NCBI GenBank assembly: GCA_938084905.1
Contig: CALKEQ010000013.1
Span: 3,786-67,785, forward strand
DNA: 64,000 nucleotides
Direction: 5' to 3'
From: an uncultured bacterium
Lineage (GTDB): Bacteria; Desulfobacterota; Syntrophorhabdia; Syntrophorhabdales; JANXAF01
In this document: in pieces, positions 18,999-27,829 of the stretch
Position numbering within the stretch: the stretch's first letter is position 1
Layout: every line of letters starts with the position of its first letter
Notes under the pieces: generated by a model
Told to the model about the DNA's origin: nothing
The model's database searches: none
The model's input: only the letters and a program-made list of their open reading frames with translations
Made by a program: the position numbers and the translations under genes

Positions 18999-20207
18999 TC
19001 ACATAAACCCAGGTCTTGCCTCTTCCAATGAGCATATCTTTATGTCAGCCCCCGCCCTTGGAAGTTCCTCAACAGGTGTGGTCAAATACATTTTCCCGTT
19101 CAGGATCCACTGCTTGAGAGTTTCAGCAACCTCAACTGCCATAGAATAGCTCGATATTGGATAGGATGGGACTTCTTTACCGTTCACCTTTATCACTCCG
19201 GACTTAAGCTCAGCATATGTAACTTCTCCGATAGATTTTTTTATATTCTGAGGATAATCCGTTCCATAGTCAACAACTTGTGCCCAGAGTTCCTCATCCC
19301 CTCTAGATGCGTAGTAAGCAACTTCCTCATCAAGTACGGGAATTGGTATTCCTATCCCAACAAAAATAGTTGCTCCATAGCCGATGAAACTTGCTCCCCT
19401 CAAAAAACGAGGGTTCATTGCCTTTGCATCACCTATAACGGCCAAAGTACCAGCTGGCATCTTTGGTATGCCGTTTTCGTCTCTCTTTACATTGGGGTTG
19501 TGCTGCGTGCCCCTCCAGGCAACGTAACCTATTCCTCCTCCCAAAAATATCCTTGTGCCGATACCAATTGTCCTGTAATTGGGATCCTTAAGAAGTGGAG
19601 ATAGCTGTCCTGCACTGCAGAAGTTTGCGTTTTGCAGATTGGGCTTCAATATGCCCATGTAAGTGTATAAAATACGATTCGAAAGGTTTACAGCTACGTT
19701 GTAATTCTGATAGCAGTTTCTCGGATTGTATAGATAAGCTTCGTTTACCGTTTCCTTGTTTATGTATGTCTCTATCTTCCTCCTTGGGTAACAGTCAGTT
19801 CCGTAAGCATAGGCAACGAGTCTTATGTTTTTTCCTGCAACAAAATCTTCGATTACGTGGCCACCTCCGTATTTGAAAGATCCTGGATAGACTGAATTCC
19901 TTGGATCCTCTTCTGGAAGGGCCGTTGCTCCTATGTAAATGTCCACTGCTGCAAGTCCAGCATAAGCCGGAACGTCATTAAGAAGACACTTACCCCCTCC
20001 GATTTTTATCCTTGGACTTGAATGGCCAAGGTTTATAAACATGCCAGTGCTGCACATGGGACCAAAAGTGCCAGTTGTGACAACATCCACCATCTGAGCT
20101 GCCCTTTTGACCCCTTTCTCTTTCGCTATGGCGACCATCTCTTCAGCTGTTACAACTACCACTTTTCCCTTCTTTATCTTTTCATTTATCTCCTCGACGG
20201 TTCTCAA
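18999..20207 (-). CDS. DUF39/COG1900 homocysteine biosynthesis protein
   Basis: VVTAEE...VDVVTTGTFGPMCS...VPAYAGLAAVD...NPRNCYQNY...RTIGIGTRIFLGGGIGYV, as remembered for the MA1821-type family. TTG start with a GGAGGGAG SD. Confidence 0.85.
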   Translation of the reverse strand: MRTVEEINEKIKKGKVVVVTAEEMVAIAKEKGVKRAAQMVDVVTTGTFGPMCSTGMFINLGHSSPRIKIGGGKCLLNDVPAYAGLAAVDIYIGATALPEEDPRNSVYPGSFKYGGGHVIEDFVAGKNIRLVAYAYGTDCYPRRKIETYINKETVNEAYLYNPRNCYQNYNVAVNLSNRILYTYMGILKPNLQNANFCSAGQLSPLLKDPNYRTIGIGTRIFLGGGIGYVAWRGTQHNPNVKRDENGIPKMPAGTLAVIGDAKAMNPRFLRGASFIGYGATIFVGIGIPIPVLDEEVAYYASRGDEELWAQVVDYGTDYPQNIKKSIGEVTYAELKSGVIKVNGKEVPSYPISSYSMAVEVAETLKQWILNGKMYLTTPVEELPRAGADIKICSLEEARPGFM

Positions 20208-20241
20208 GACTCCCTCCTGTCTACGTTTTGGAAGTCTCAGA

Positions 20242-20269
20242 ATTATACATCAAATCATTTTGCAGTCAA
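20242..20269 (-). promoter_or_regulatory. Putative sigma70-type promoter for the DUF39-MBL-htpX-rsmB... transcription unit
   Basis: Minus strand reads TTGACT-N16-TATAAT (-35 at 20269-20264, -10 at 20247-20242), about 35 nt upstream of the TTG start. Confidence 0.45.
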
Positions 20270-20319
20270 ATCTTTAATTTTTTACTCCTCCCGGAGGAAA
20301 AGAATTTTCCAATTTTGTC

Positions 20320-20348
20320 TTGACATGGCGGCTAAATAGTCGTAGTAT
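20320..20348 (+). promoter_or_regulatory. Putative promoter of the cold-shock gene
   Basis: TTGACA (20320-20325)-N17-TAGTAT (20343-20348). It would give a ~45-nt leader ending in the SD AAAGGAG. Confidence 0.4.
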
Positions 20349-20397
20349 AGGCGTGAGGTTACATAACCTTAATTTTTTTTGAAAGGAGTTAAAGAGT

Positions 20398-20601
20398 ATG
20401 CCAGTTGGAAGGGTTAAATGGTTTAACGATTCAAAAGGCTACGGTTTTATTGAGCAGGAAGGTGGCGAAGATGTGTTCGTCCATTTCTCTGCTATAAAAC
20501 AGGATGGTTTTAAAACTCTGAAACAGGGAGAAAAAGTACAGTTTGACATTGTGAATGGTCCTAAAGGTCCACAGGCGGCAAATGTAACAAAACTGAAGTA
20601 A
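20398..20601 (+). CDS. cspA: Cold-shock protein (CspA family)
   Basis: [15 protein letters not shown] (RNP1) and VFVHFSAI (RNP2). 67 aa. Confidence 0.95.
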   Translation: MPVGRVKWFNDSKGYGFIEQEGGEDVFVHFSAIKQDGFKTLKQGEKVQFDIVNGPKGPQAANVTKLK

Positions 20602-20630
20602 AAAGGGGTTACCCCCCTTTTTTCTCTTTT
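20601..20630. terminator. Putative bidirectional intrinsic terminator between convergent cspA and mazG
   Basis: AAAAGGGG-ttacc-CCCCTTTT (8-bp stem) followed by a T-rich tract on the plus strand. The mazG stop codon (20609-20611) lies in the loop. Confidence 0.45.
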
Positions 20631-21364
20631 TCCTTTATCTCCTCCCAAAGACGATCCATAACTTGAATGTCCAGGTTTTGGTTATTTAACTTCTCTTCAA
20701 TGTATGAGAACCTTCTCACGAACTTATCAACAGTTTTGCGGAGGGCATCTTCAGGATCTATTCCATAAAACCTGGAAATGTTCGCAATTGTAAAAAGAAG
20801 GTCTCCTATCTCCTCTTTTATCTTTTCTTTGTCCTTTGTTCCCTCCGCTTCCCTTAACTCGCTTATTTCTTCTTGAAGCTTCTCATAAACGTCCTCCACT
20901 TTCTCCCAGTCGAACCCAACCCTTGAGACCTTCCTTGTTACTGTATAAGCTTTAAGAAGTGCTGGCATTGCTTTCGGAATACCTTCTAATAATGAAGAAC
21001 CCCCCTTCTCAGCCCTTTTTATCTCTTCCCACATTTTTGGGACTGGACCTTGTAAGGGTTCCTTACCGAATACATGGGGATGCCTCCTAATGATCTTATT
21101 TTTAGCATCTGCAATTACTTCCTCTATTCCGAATTTTCCATCCTCTTTGCATATTTGGGAAATGAAGATGACGTGAAAAACAAGATCTCCCAGTTCTTCC
21201 TTTATCTCATCTGGATCACCCTTCTCTATAGCATCGACGAGCTCGTAGACTTCTTCGAGAAGAAAGGTTTTGAAATCACCTATTGTCTGCTTTTTATCCC
21301 AAGGACACCCCTTTTCACCCCGTAATATCTCCACAATTTTAACAAGCTCCGAAAACTCTCTCAT
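20609..21364 (-). CDS. mazG: Nucleoside triphosphate pyrophosphohydrolase MazG
   Basis: Two MazG repeats: CPWDKKQT...EEVYELVDAI...ELGDLVFHV and ...EEISEL...EIGDLLFTI. Confidence 0.92.
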   Translation of the reverse strand: MREFSELVKIVEILRGEKGCPWDKKQTIGDFKTFLLEEVYELVDAIEKGDPDEIKEELGDLVFHVIFISQICKEDGKFGIEEVIADAKNKIIRRHPHVFGKEPLQGPVPKMWEEIKRAEKGGSSLLEGIPKAMPALLKAYTVTRKVSRVGFDWEKVEDVYEKLQEEISELREAEGTKDKEKIKEEIGDLLFTIANISRFYGIDPEDALRKTVDKFVRRFSYIEEKLNNQNLDIQVMDRLWEEIKEKEKKGG

Positions 21365-22599
21365 CTCTTCTCCATTAACTTTAAAAGAATCTCCAGTTTT
21401 TTCTCTATTTCTTCTCTTTTCTCCTCAATTAATTTTTTTCCACTTAGCGCCATTTTGCTTCTCAAATGATCATCTGAAATCAGCCTTTCAATTTGAGTTA
21501 TGAGCTCTTTCTCATTTCTCACCATAATTCCACATCCAGAACTTAGAACATCACGGGAGAGATCTTTAAAATTCTCAACGTAAGGACCGAATAGAACAGG
21601 TGTTCCGAAAAAAAGCGGCTCAATTATGTTATGGCCTCCATAAGGTGCCAGACTTCCACCAACAAATGCAACCAGACTTCTTCCATATATCTCGTGTAGG
21701 TCACCGAATGTGTCAACGAGAACAATGTCCAAGCCTTTCAGGTTCCAACCTTCCTCTTTCAAAATGGAATACCTCCTCACAGAAAAACGGTCTCTCAGGT
21801 TCTTATCCAGCTCTTCGACCATGCTAAGTTCCCTCGGTGCGACAAAGAAAGTGAAATCAGGGAATTTACCCTTCAGTTCAAGAATAACATCAATGAGAGC
21901 GTTTTTCTCATTATACCTTATACTTCCGAATGTTATTGCCCTATCTTTTTCTATTACGTGAAATTTTTCTGTTAAGTTTGCGAGATATTTAATGTTTGGG
22001 ATCACATCTATCTTTGCCTTTTCCGCTCCTAGTTGTGCAAATCTCTCAAGATGCGTCTCGGACTGGGCAAGCACAAAATCTAGACAGGACAAAACCTCAC
22101 GCATGAAAAAGGAGAACTTTTTGTACAGGGGAAAGGTTCTATCTGAGATTCGACCATTTACAACGATGACCGGAACCCCCTTCCTTTTCACTTCCCAGAT
22201 CATGTTTGGCCAGATCTCAGTCTCAATCAGAATAAGGGCTCTAAGATTTAGGTTCTTAATGAAGGAGCGAAGTACTAGGTCCACATCGATGGGAGTGTAA
22301 TAAGTCTCTACCGGATGTGGGAAAGTACGCATAATAAGATCTCTTGCATACGGAGTATTTGTGGTGAAAACAAAGGAAAATTTTTTCTTTCTTCCGAGGA
22401 ATTCAGCAAGATTCTTGCCTATTAGAGCTTCCCCAAGGGAAGCTGCGTGAATCCACAAAATCTCATTTTTAAAAGGATGGGAGATTTTTGGGAATATTCT
22501 TGGAAGGAGCGATCCTCTCGTTTTCCTGTTAATGAGAAGATATAAAATCCCTGGAATGAGAAAAATGTAAGCGAGCGATCTGTATATTATTTTCCACAT
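21361..22599 (-). CDS. waaA: 3-deoxy-D-manno-octulosonic acid (Kdo) transferase
   Basis: IWIHAASLGE, ETEIWPN, SLAPYGGHNIIEP. 412 aa. Confidence 0.92.
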   Translation of the reverse strand: MWKIIYRSLAYIFLIPGILYLLINRKTRGSLLPRIFPKISHPFKNEILWIHAASLGEALIGKNLAEFLGRKKKFSFVFTTNTPYARDLIMRTFPHPVETYYTPIDVDLVLRSFIKNLNLRALILIETEIWPNMIWEVKRKGVPVIVVNGRISDRTFPLYKKFSFFMREVLSCLDFVLAQSETHLERFAQLGAEKAKIDVIPNIKYLANLTEKFHVIEKDRAITFGSIRYNEKNALIDVILELKGKFPDFTFFVAPRELSMVEELDKNLRDRFSVRRYSILKEEGWNLKGLDIVLVDTFGDLHEIYGRSLVAFVGGSLAPYGGHNIIEPLFFGTPVLFGPYVENFKDLSRDVLSSGCGIMVRNEKELITQIERLISDDHLRSKMALSGKKLIEEKREEIEKKLEILLKLMEKR

Positions 22600-22696
22600 G
22601 CCATTTCATCCGCTTTCTTCGTTAGTTCAATGAGCCTATTTTCCAATTCCACTCTCTTTCTCTCTATATCCTCATCTGTATCCTCAGGACTTACCT

Positions 22697-23266
22697 TTAT
22701 AGGCTTACCCCAGATAAAGAAAACCTTTGAGAAAGGAAAAGGTAGAAGAAACTTATCCCAGGAATCGAAAGTTTTTTTTTACTTGCGCTGTACGTGACAG
22801 GAATTAACGGCTTTCCAGAGAGTCTTGCGATCTCCAAAATACCCTTCTTTACCACGTATCTAGGTCCTCTTGGACCGTCGGGCGTAACTGCGACATCCAA
22901 GCCCTCTTTCAGGGTCTTGAGAATCTCACGAGAAGTCGAGATGCCCCCTTTCCCATGTGACCCTCTTATGAATCCGACCCTAAAATGGTTTATTAGATTA
23001 AAGTACTTTATCACTCGTGCTATGAATTCCCCATCCCTGTGCCTACTTACAATGACCTTTCCCCTTCCACCCCTGTACGCAAATGGCATCATGAGAAGCC
23101 TTCCGTGCCAAAAGCAGAATATAAGGTTTGTGTCTTTTCGAAGATCCTCAATCTCCTCCTTTCCAATATGAATTATCTTTGAGCTTTTTCCGATGAACAT
23201 TATAAGCAGAAAAACAAGGGGTGGAAGAACGTGTAGCAAGAGAAAGTTCTTAATAGATTTAAGCAT
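22697..23266 (-). CDS. DUF374 (LPLAT-superfamily) protein, as-read ORF. The conserved C-terminus continues in another frame to 22587.
   Basis: FWHGRLLMMPFAY...VSRHRDGEFIA...GGISTSREIL...VAVTPDGPRGP is the DUF374 core. After the A9 run the as-read tail (LSIPGISFFYLF...) is non-homologous, whereas the frame reached by a -1 slip (one extra A) reads TFDSWDKFLLPFPFSKVFFIWGKPIKV... Confidence 0.85.
   Translation of the reverse strand: MLKSIKNFLLLHVLPPLVFLLIMFIGKSSKIIHIGKEEIEDLRKDTNLIFCFWHGRLLMMPFAYRGGRGKVIVSRHRDGEFIARVIKYFNLINHFRVGFIRGSHGKGGISTSREILKTLKEGLDVAVTPDGPRGPRYVVKKGILEIARLSGKPLIPVTYSASKKKLSIPGISFFYLFLSQRFSLSGVSL
22772..22780 (-). other. A9 (T9 on plus strand) homopolymer at which the DUF374 reading frame breaks; candidate slippage or indel site
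   Basis: The minus strand reads AGT AAA AAA AAA CTT. One extra A, or a -1 slip on A_AAA_AAA, joins the two homologous halves. Confidence 0.7.
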
Positions 23267-25028
23267 TTTTCAAAGCCTTATCAAAAGCGATGATTTTTCT
23301 CTTTCCCCTTCTGTACTGTAGCTCAAAGAGTCTTCTATAGGGGCCATCTTCTTTTAACAGCTTCTGGTGATCCCCTTCCTGAACAATTTGACCTTTATCC
23401 AGAACAACTATTCTATCCGCTCCCATAATCGTCGACAACCTGTGGGCTATTATTATCGTCGTCCTCCCACGTATGAGGTTTTCAAGAGCCTTCTGAACTT
23501 TAAGCTCTGATGCAGAATCTAGAGAGCTTGTTGCTTCATCGAGAATGAGAATCGGAGCATTTTTGTAGATAGCCCTAGCTATGGCTATTCTCTGCTTCTC
23601 CCCTCCCGATAGTTTTACCCCTTTCTCTCCGATCGATGAATGGAGACCATCTGGTAATTTATCCACAATCTCTTCCGCATATGCCATGGAGATGGCCATC
23701 TTCACTTTTTCTAAATCGATCTCTTGACCAAAGGTAATGTTGTTCAAAATGGAATCATTAAAAAGGATAGTATCCTGGGTCACTATTGCTATGTTTTCCC
23801 TTAAGGATCTGATCTTCACGTTCCTAACATCTATACCATCTATCTTAACGGACCCCTCCGTCACATCGTAAAACCTTGGTATAAGGTTCACAAGGGTCGT
23901 CTTTCCTACTCCACTTTCTCCTACGATCGCGACCACTTCTCCTTTTCTTATTTTCAGATTCACGTTTTTCAAGACGTATCTTTCATCGTACTTAAAAGAG
24001 ACATTCACAAACTCTATTTCTCCTTCAACTTTGCCCAGTTCAATAGCATTCTCCTTCTCTTTAATCTCCGGTTCCCTGTCTATTATCTCAAAGACCCTCT
24101 GCGTTGCAGCAAGTCCCTGCTGGATATTGTGGTTTTCTTTGTTCAGTCTCTTTATAGGTTCGTAAAGCATAAGGAGGGCGGCAGTGAAGGAAAAGAAATT
24201 TCCAGGGGTCGATTCACCGGAGATGACCTTGCTTCCGCCGTACCATATTATAATTGCAACTGCTATACCACCTAAAACCTCCATAATGGGAGAGGAAAGG
24301 GCCCTTATTCTGTACCTCTTCATGACCGTCTGAAAAAGGTTATTGTTCTCCTCCTCGAATCTCTTCTCCTCGTAAGGTTCCATGCAGAATGCCTTCACAA
24401 TACGCTGTCCCGTGATGTTCTCATGTAAAAAACTCGTAAGCCTGGCAACAGACTTTTGGGCTTTAACACTTGCTCTTCTTAGACGCCTGCCGAATTTAAC
24501 AATTGAGTACGCGGCAAAGGGAAGAATGAGAAAAGATATAATCGCAAGTTTCCAGTCCCGGTAAAAAACAACGAAAACTAAAGCCAAAATGGTCAAAAAA
24601 TCTTTCAAGACCGCTGTCAACGTGTCGGATACGGTGTTCTGTATGAGGTTCACGTCATTTACAACCCTTGAAATACTCGTTCCTGTAGGTGTTTTATCGA
24701 AGAAAGAAAGGGGCTGCCTCTGTAAAGCACGAAAAACAACGTTTCTTATGTCTGTCACAACCTTCTGACCCACATATCCCATAAGGTAACTCTGAAAGTA
24801 ATCGCATATACCCTTAGCCACATACAAAACCACAATCCCAATAGGGACAATAAGAAGCATGCTCTCGTTTTTTTCAAAAAAGATCTTATCAAGAACAGGT
24901 TTCACAATGAACGCGGTAAGCCCGTTTGAGGCTGAAACTAAAGACATGAATATCATCGCCAGTACAAGTTTGGTCCAATAAGGTTTAACGAAACTAAGCA
25001 GCCTCAGATACAGAACCATACTTTTCAC
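23259..25028 (-). CDS. msbA: Lipid A export ABC transporter MsbA (fused permease/ATPase)
   Basis: Six-TM N-terminal half. Walker A GESGVGKTT, signature LSGGEKQR, Walker B ILILDEATS. Confidence 0.9.
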   Translation of the reverse strand: MKSMVLYLRLLSFVKPYWTKLVLAMIFMSLVSASNGLTAFIVKPVLDKIFFEKNESMLLIVPIGIVVLYVAKGICDYFQSYLMGYVGQKVVTDIRNVVFRALQRQPLSFFDKTPTGTSISRVVNDVNLIQNTVSDTLTAVLKDFLTILALVFVVFYRDWKLAIISFLILPFAAYSIVKFGRRLRRASVKAQKSVARLTSFLHENITGQRIVKAFCMEPYEEKRFEEENNNLFQTVMKRYRIRALSSPIMEVLGGIAVAIIIWYGGSKVISGESTPGNFFSFTAALLMLYEPIKRLNKENHNIQQGLAATQRVFEIIDREPEIKEKENAIELGKVEGEIEFVNVSFKYDERYVLKNVNLKIRKGEVVAIVGESGVGKTTLVNLIPRFYDVTEGSVKIDGIDVRNVKIRSLRENIAIVTQDTILFNDSILNNITFGQEIDLEKVKMAISMAYAEEIVDKLPDGLHSSIGEKGVKLSGGEKQRIAIARAIYKNAPILILDEATSSLDSASELKVQKALENLIRGRTTIIIAHRLSTIMGADRIVVLDKGQIVQEGDHQKLLKEDGPYRRLFELQYRRGKRKIIAFDKALKNA

Positions 25029-26151
25029 TCAAAAAATTGTACACACATTTTGCAGCGGTCTCGTAAGGATCGGGGCCAGGACCTTCTAACATTCGAGTAA
25101 GGATTTCACCCTTTGCCTTCATCTCTTCCTTTTTCTTTAGCATATACATAAGCTCAACGGCAATTTTTTCCGCATCCAACCTTTGAATAAACTCGGGAAA
25201 GACCTTCTCGCCAAGTATGAGGTTTGGAAGACTTACATACCGTACCTTAACAAGTATCTTTGCCAGTAGATAAGATATCTCCGATAGTCTATAAATAACA
25301 ACGGATGGAACGCCAAGAATTGCCGCCTCAAGAGTTGCGCTGCCAGACGAAAGGACAGCACAGTCCGAGTGAAAGAGTACATCGTGGGAAAAATTTTCAA
25401 CTATTCGAACGTTCTTCTTAGATAAAACGTGTCTCTCTATTTCCTTCCTGTCTATTCCATGTGCTTGGGCAATAAGAAAAAAGGAGTACTTAAAAGTAGA
25501 TTCAATCTTCTCCATCAGGAGGCGAAGAAAAGGCATGTGCCTTTTTACCTCATTTTGCCTGCTGCCAGGTAAAATTGCAATGAGGGGAAAGGTATCTGGA
25601 ATCTGGAAAACCTTAAGGAACTCTTCTTTTTCATATCTCGGTCTTACACTTCTCACGTACGGATGGCCTACGAACTCACACCTTACACCGAAACTATCGT
25701 AAATTTCCTTCTCGAAAGGGAAAAAACAGAGTACAAGATCGACGTAATTCTTCAAATATTTGATCCTTCCCTTCCCCCATGCCCAAATTTGTGGAGGAAC
25801 AAAGTAAATTACGCTTAGGCCTAGTTTCTTTGCAACCTTTGCAATTCTCAGGTTAAATCCGGGGAAGTCGACAAGGATGACAAGAGAAGGACTAACTCTC
25901 TTTATGTGGTTTACCATCGTATGGTACGCTTTCCACAATGATAGAACCTTCCTCAGCACCTCGATAGAACCAGTTACAGAGATGTTCCTATAATCGGATA
26001 TTACCTCTACACCCTCTTTTCTGAGTAATGTGCCTCCGAGCGCGTAAAAGCCAGCATCTATAAGCGATGAAAGGCGACTTACAAGGTTTGCCGCATGGAC
26101 CTCTCCGGAGTATTCTCCGCAAAGGACCGTAATTTGACCGTTGAACTTCAT
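24994..26151 (-). CDS. lpxB: Lipid-A-disaccharide synthase
   Basis: CGEYSGEVHAANL, DFPGFNL, YFVPPQIWAWG, LPGSRQNEV, SGSATLEAAILG. Confidence 0.92.
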   Translation of the reverse strand: MKFNGQITVLCGEYSGEVHAANLVSRLSSLIDAGFYALGGTLLRKEGVEVISDYRNISVTGSIEVLRKVLSLWKAYHTMVNHIKRVSPSLVILVDFPGFNLRIAKVAKKLGLSVIYFVPPQIWAWGKGRIKYLKNYVDLVLCFFPFEKEIYDSFGVRCEFVGHPYVRSVRPRYEKEEFLKVFQIPDTFPLIAILPGSRQNEVKRHMPFLRLLMEKIESTFKYSFFLIAQAHGIDRKEIERHVLSKKNVRIVENFSHDVLFHSDCAVLSSGSATLEAAILGVPSVVIYRLSEISYLLAKILVKVRYVSLPNLILGEKVFPEFIQRLDAEKIAVELMYMLKKKEEMKAKGEILTRMLEGPGPDPYETAAKCVYNFLSEKYGSVSEAA

Positions 26152-27071
26152 TACCCTAATCTACTGACAATTGAGCCGACTATTCTCTCTGCAAAAAAAT
26201 CAGCCAAAAGAGTTTCTTTTGCTCTTATGGGTGGATCCTTCTCTCCCCTAATGGAGAGTACGAAATCTAAAAGTTCCTCTTTCACTACGTCCCTTTTATC
26301 GTAGCCGTAGGTTACTATCTCGAATCCCCTTTTTCTCCTTAAGGCAAGAGTAAGCTTCGTATTTAAAAAATCGATTTTCACTATGCCATTTTTGTCCACA
26401 ATTCTTAGACTCCTCTCCTTTTCAGTGGAGATCCTACTTGCGAAAAAAACTCCCCTTGTTCCTTGAGAAAACCTTACAAATGCAAAGGCTTCGTCCAGGT
26501 TTTCGCCCATGAGACTTATCCCTTCCGCAAAGATCGATTCTGGTTCCCCCTTTTCTATGGTGGAAAGTAAGTCGAGATCGTGGATCATTAGATCGTGTAC
26601 AACATCCACGTCAGCTGTCCTCTCCTCATAGGTAGATGTTCTTCTGGCTTCAAAAAAGATAGGTCTTTCTATGAATTTCAATCCCTCGCGAAAAGCAGGG
26701 TTGTATCTTTCCGGAAAACCTACCAAAAGCTTTAGCCCTTTTTTCTCAGAGATATCGGAAAGTTCCTTTGCCTCCTTGAAGCTTAATGCGAGTGGTTTCT
26801 CTACAAAGACGTGAATGCCCATATCTAGGTAGAACCTGGCTATCTCATAGTGAGTCGTCGCAGGAGTGGAAATGATCACACCGTTTATGTCAGAATCTAT
26901 CTCCCTATAGTCTTCATAACAGCGAATCTTAAACTTCTCTCTCAGCTCTTCAAGCTTCTTTCTGTCTTTTTCGATGAGGGCGACGACTTCTACATCTTTT
27001 AAAGTGAGAGCCTTCTGAAGGTGGATCATTCCCATATATCCAAGCCCTACAATGGCTATTTTTAACGGCAT
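26151..27071 (-). CDS. Gfo/Idh/MocA-family NAD-dependent oxidoreductase (GnnA-like by position)
   Basis: The Rossmann N-terminus IAIVGLGYMG and the EKP motif (VFVEKPLA) are seen in the sequence. The position between lpxA and lpxB matches remembered gnnA loci. Confidence 0.8.
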   Translation of the reverse strand: MPLKIAIVGLGYMGMIHLQKALTLKDVEVVALIEKDRKKLEELREKFKIRCYEDYREIDSDINGVIISTPATTHYEIARFYLDMGIHVFVEKPLALSFKEAKELSDISEKKGLKLLVGFPERYNPAFREGLKFIERPIFFEARRTSTYEERTADVDVVHDLMIHDLDLLSTIEKGEPESIFAEGISLMGENLDEAFAFVRFSQGTRGVFFASRISTEKERSLRIVDKNGIVKIDFLNTKLTLALRRKRGFEIVTYGYDKRDVVKEELLDFVLSIRGEKDPPIRAKETLLADFFAERIVGSIVSRLG

Positions 27072-27829
27072 ATTCCCCTTTTTGAATTTTGGATGAAATC
27101 TATAAGAAGCCTTATGTTCTCCCCTTCAAGCTCCTCCTCAAGGATCTTGAGAGAGGTGGAAAGGGGTAAAGAGGATCTAAAAAGAATGCGGTACGCCTTT
27201 TTCAGCTTTGCGATTTCCTCCTTTGAAAAATTGTTTCTCTCCAGTCCTATGACATTTAGGCCGTAAAGTTTTGCCCTGTTGCCCGCAGCTATCATAAAAG
27301 GTGGAACATCCTTGGGAACCCCAGTAAGTCCGCTTATAAATGCGTACCGACCTATCCTGCAAAATTGATGTACCGCGCACAAACCTCCAAAAACCACATT
27401 GTCTCCAACCTCAACATGGCCAGCCAAAGTTGCGCAGTTTGCCATGATCACATTGTTTCCCACTTTACAGTCATGGGCTATATGTGAATAGGCCATTATA
27501 AAGTTGTTGTCACCTACTTTCGTCACGCCACCGCCGTGAACAGTGCCCCTGTTTATGGTCACGTATTCTTTTATAGTGTTTTTGTTTCCAATCAAGGTTT
27601 CCGTCTCTTCACCCCTGTAAGTCACATCTTGGGGAGGACCACCTATGGAGGCAAAAGGACTTATCACGCAATCCTCCCCTATAACCGTTTTCCCCTGAAT
27701 CACTACGTGGCTTAAAAGCTTCGTCCCTCTCTTTATAGTAACCTTCCCCTCTATAACGCAGTACGGACCAATGTAAACGTCCTCATCTATTTCAGCTCTT
27801 GGATCCACAATAGATGTTTTGTGGATCAC
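27062..27829 (-). CDS. lpxA: UDP-N-acetylglucosamine (or GlcNAc3N) acyltransferase
   Basis: [13 protein letters not shown], hexapeptide repeats, and the C-terminal helical domain YGLNVIGLERNNFS... Confidence 0.93.
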   Translation of the reverse strand: MIHKTSIVDPRAEIDEDVYIGPYCVIEGKVTIKRGTKLLSHVVIQGKTVIGEDCVISPFASIGGPPQDVTYRGEETETLIGNKNTIKEYVTINRGTVHGGGVTKVGDNNFIMAYSHIAHDCKVGNNVIMANCATLAGHVEVGDNVVFGGLCAVHQFCRIGRYAFISGLTGVPKDVPPFMIAAGNRAKLYGLNVIGLERNNFSKEEIAKLKKAYRILFRSSLPLSTSLKILEEELEGENIRLLIDFIQNSKRGICR

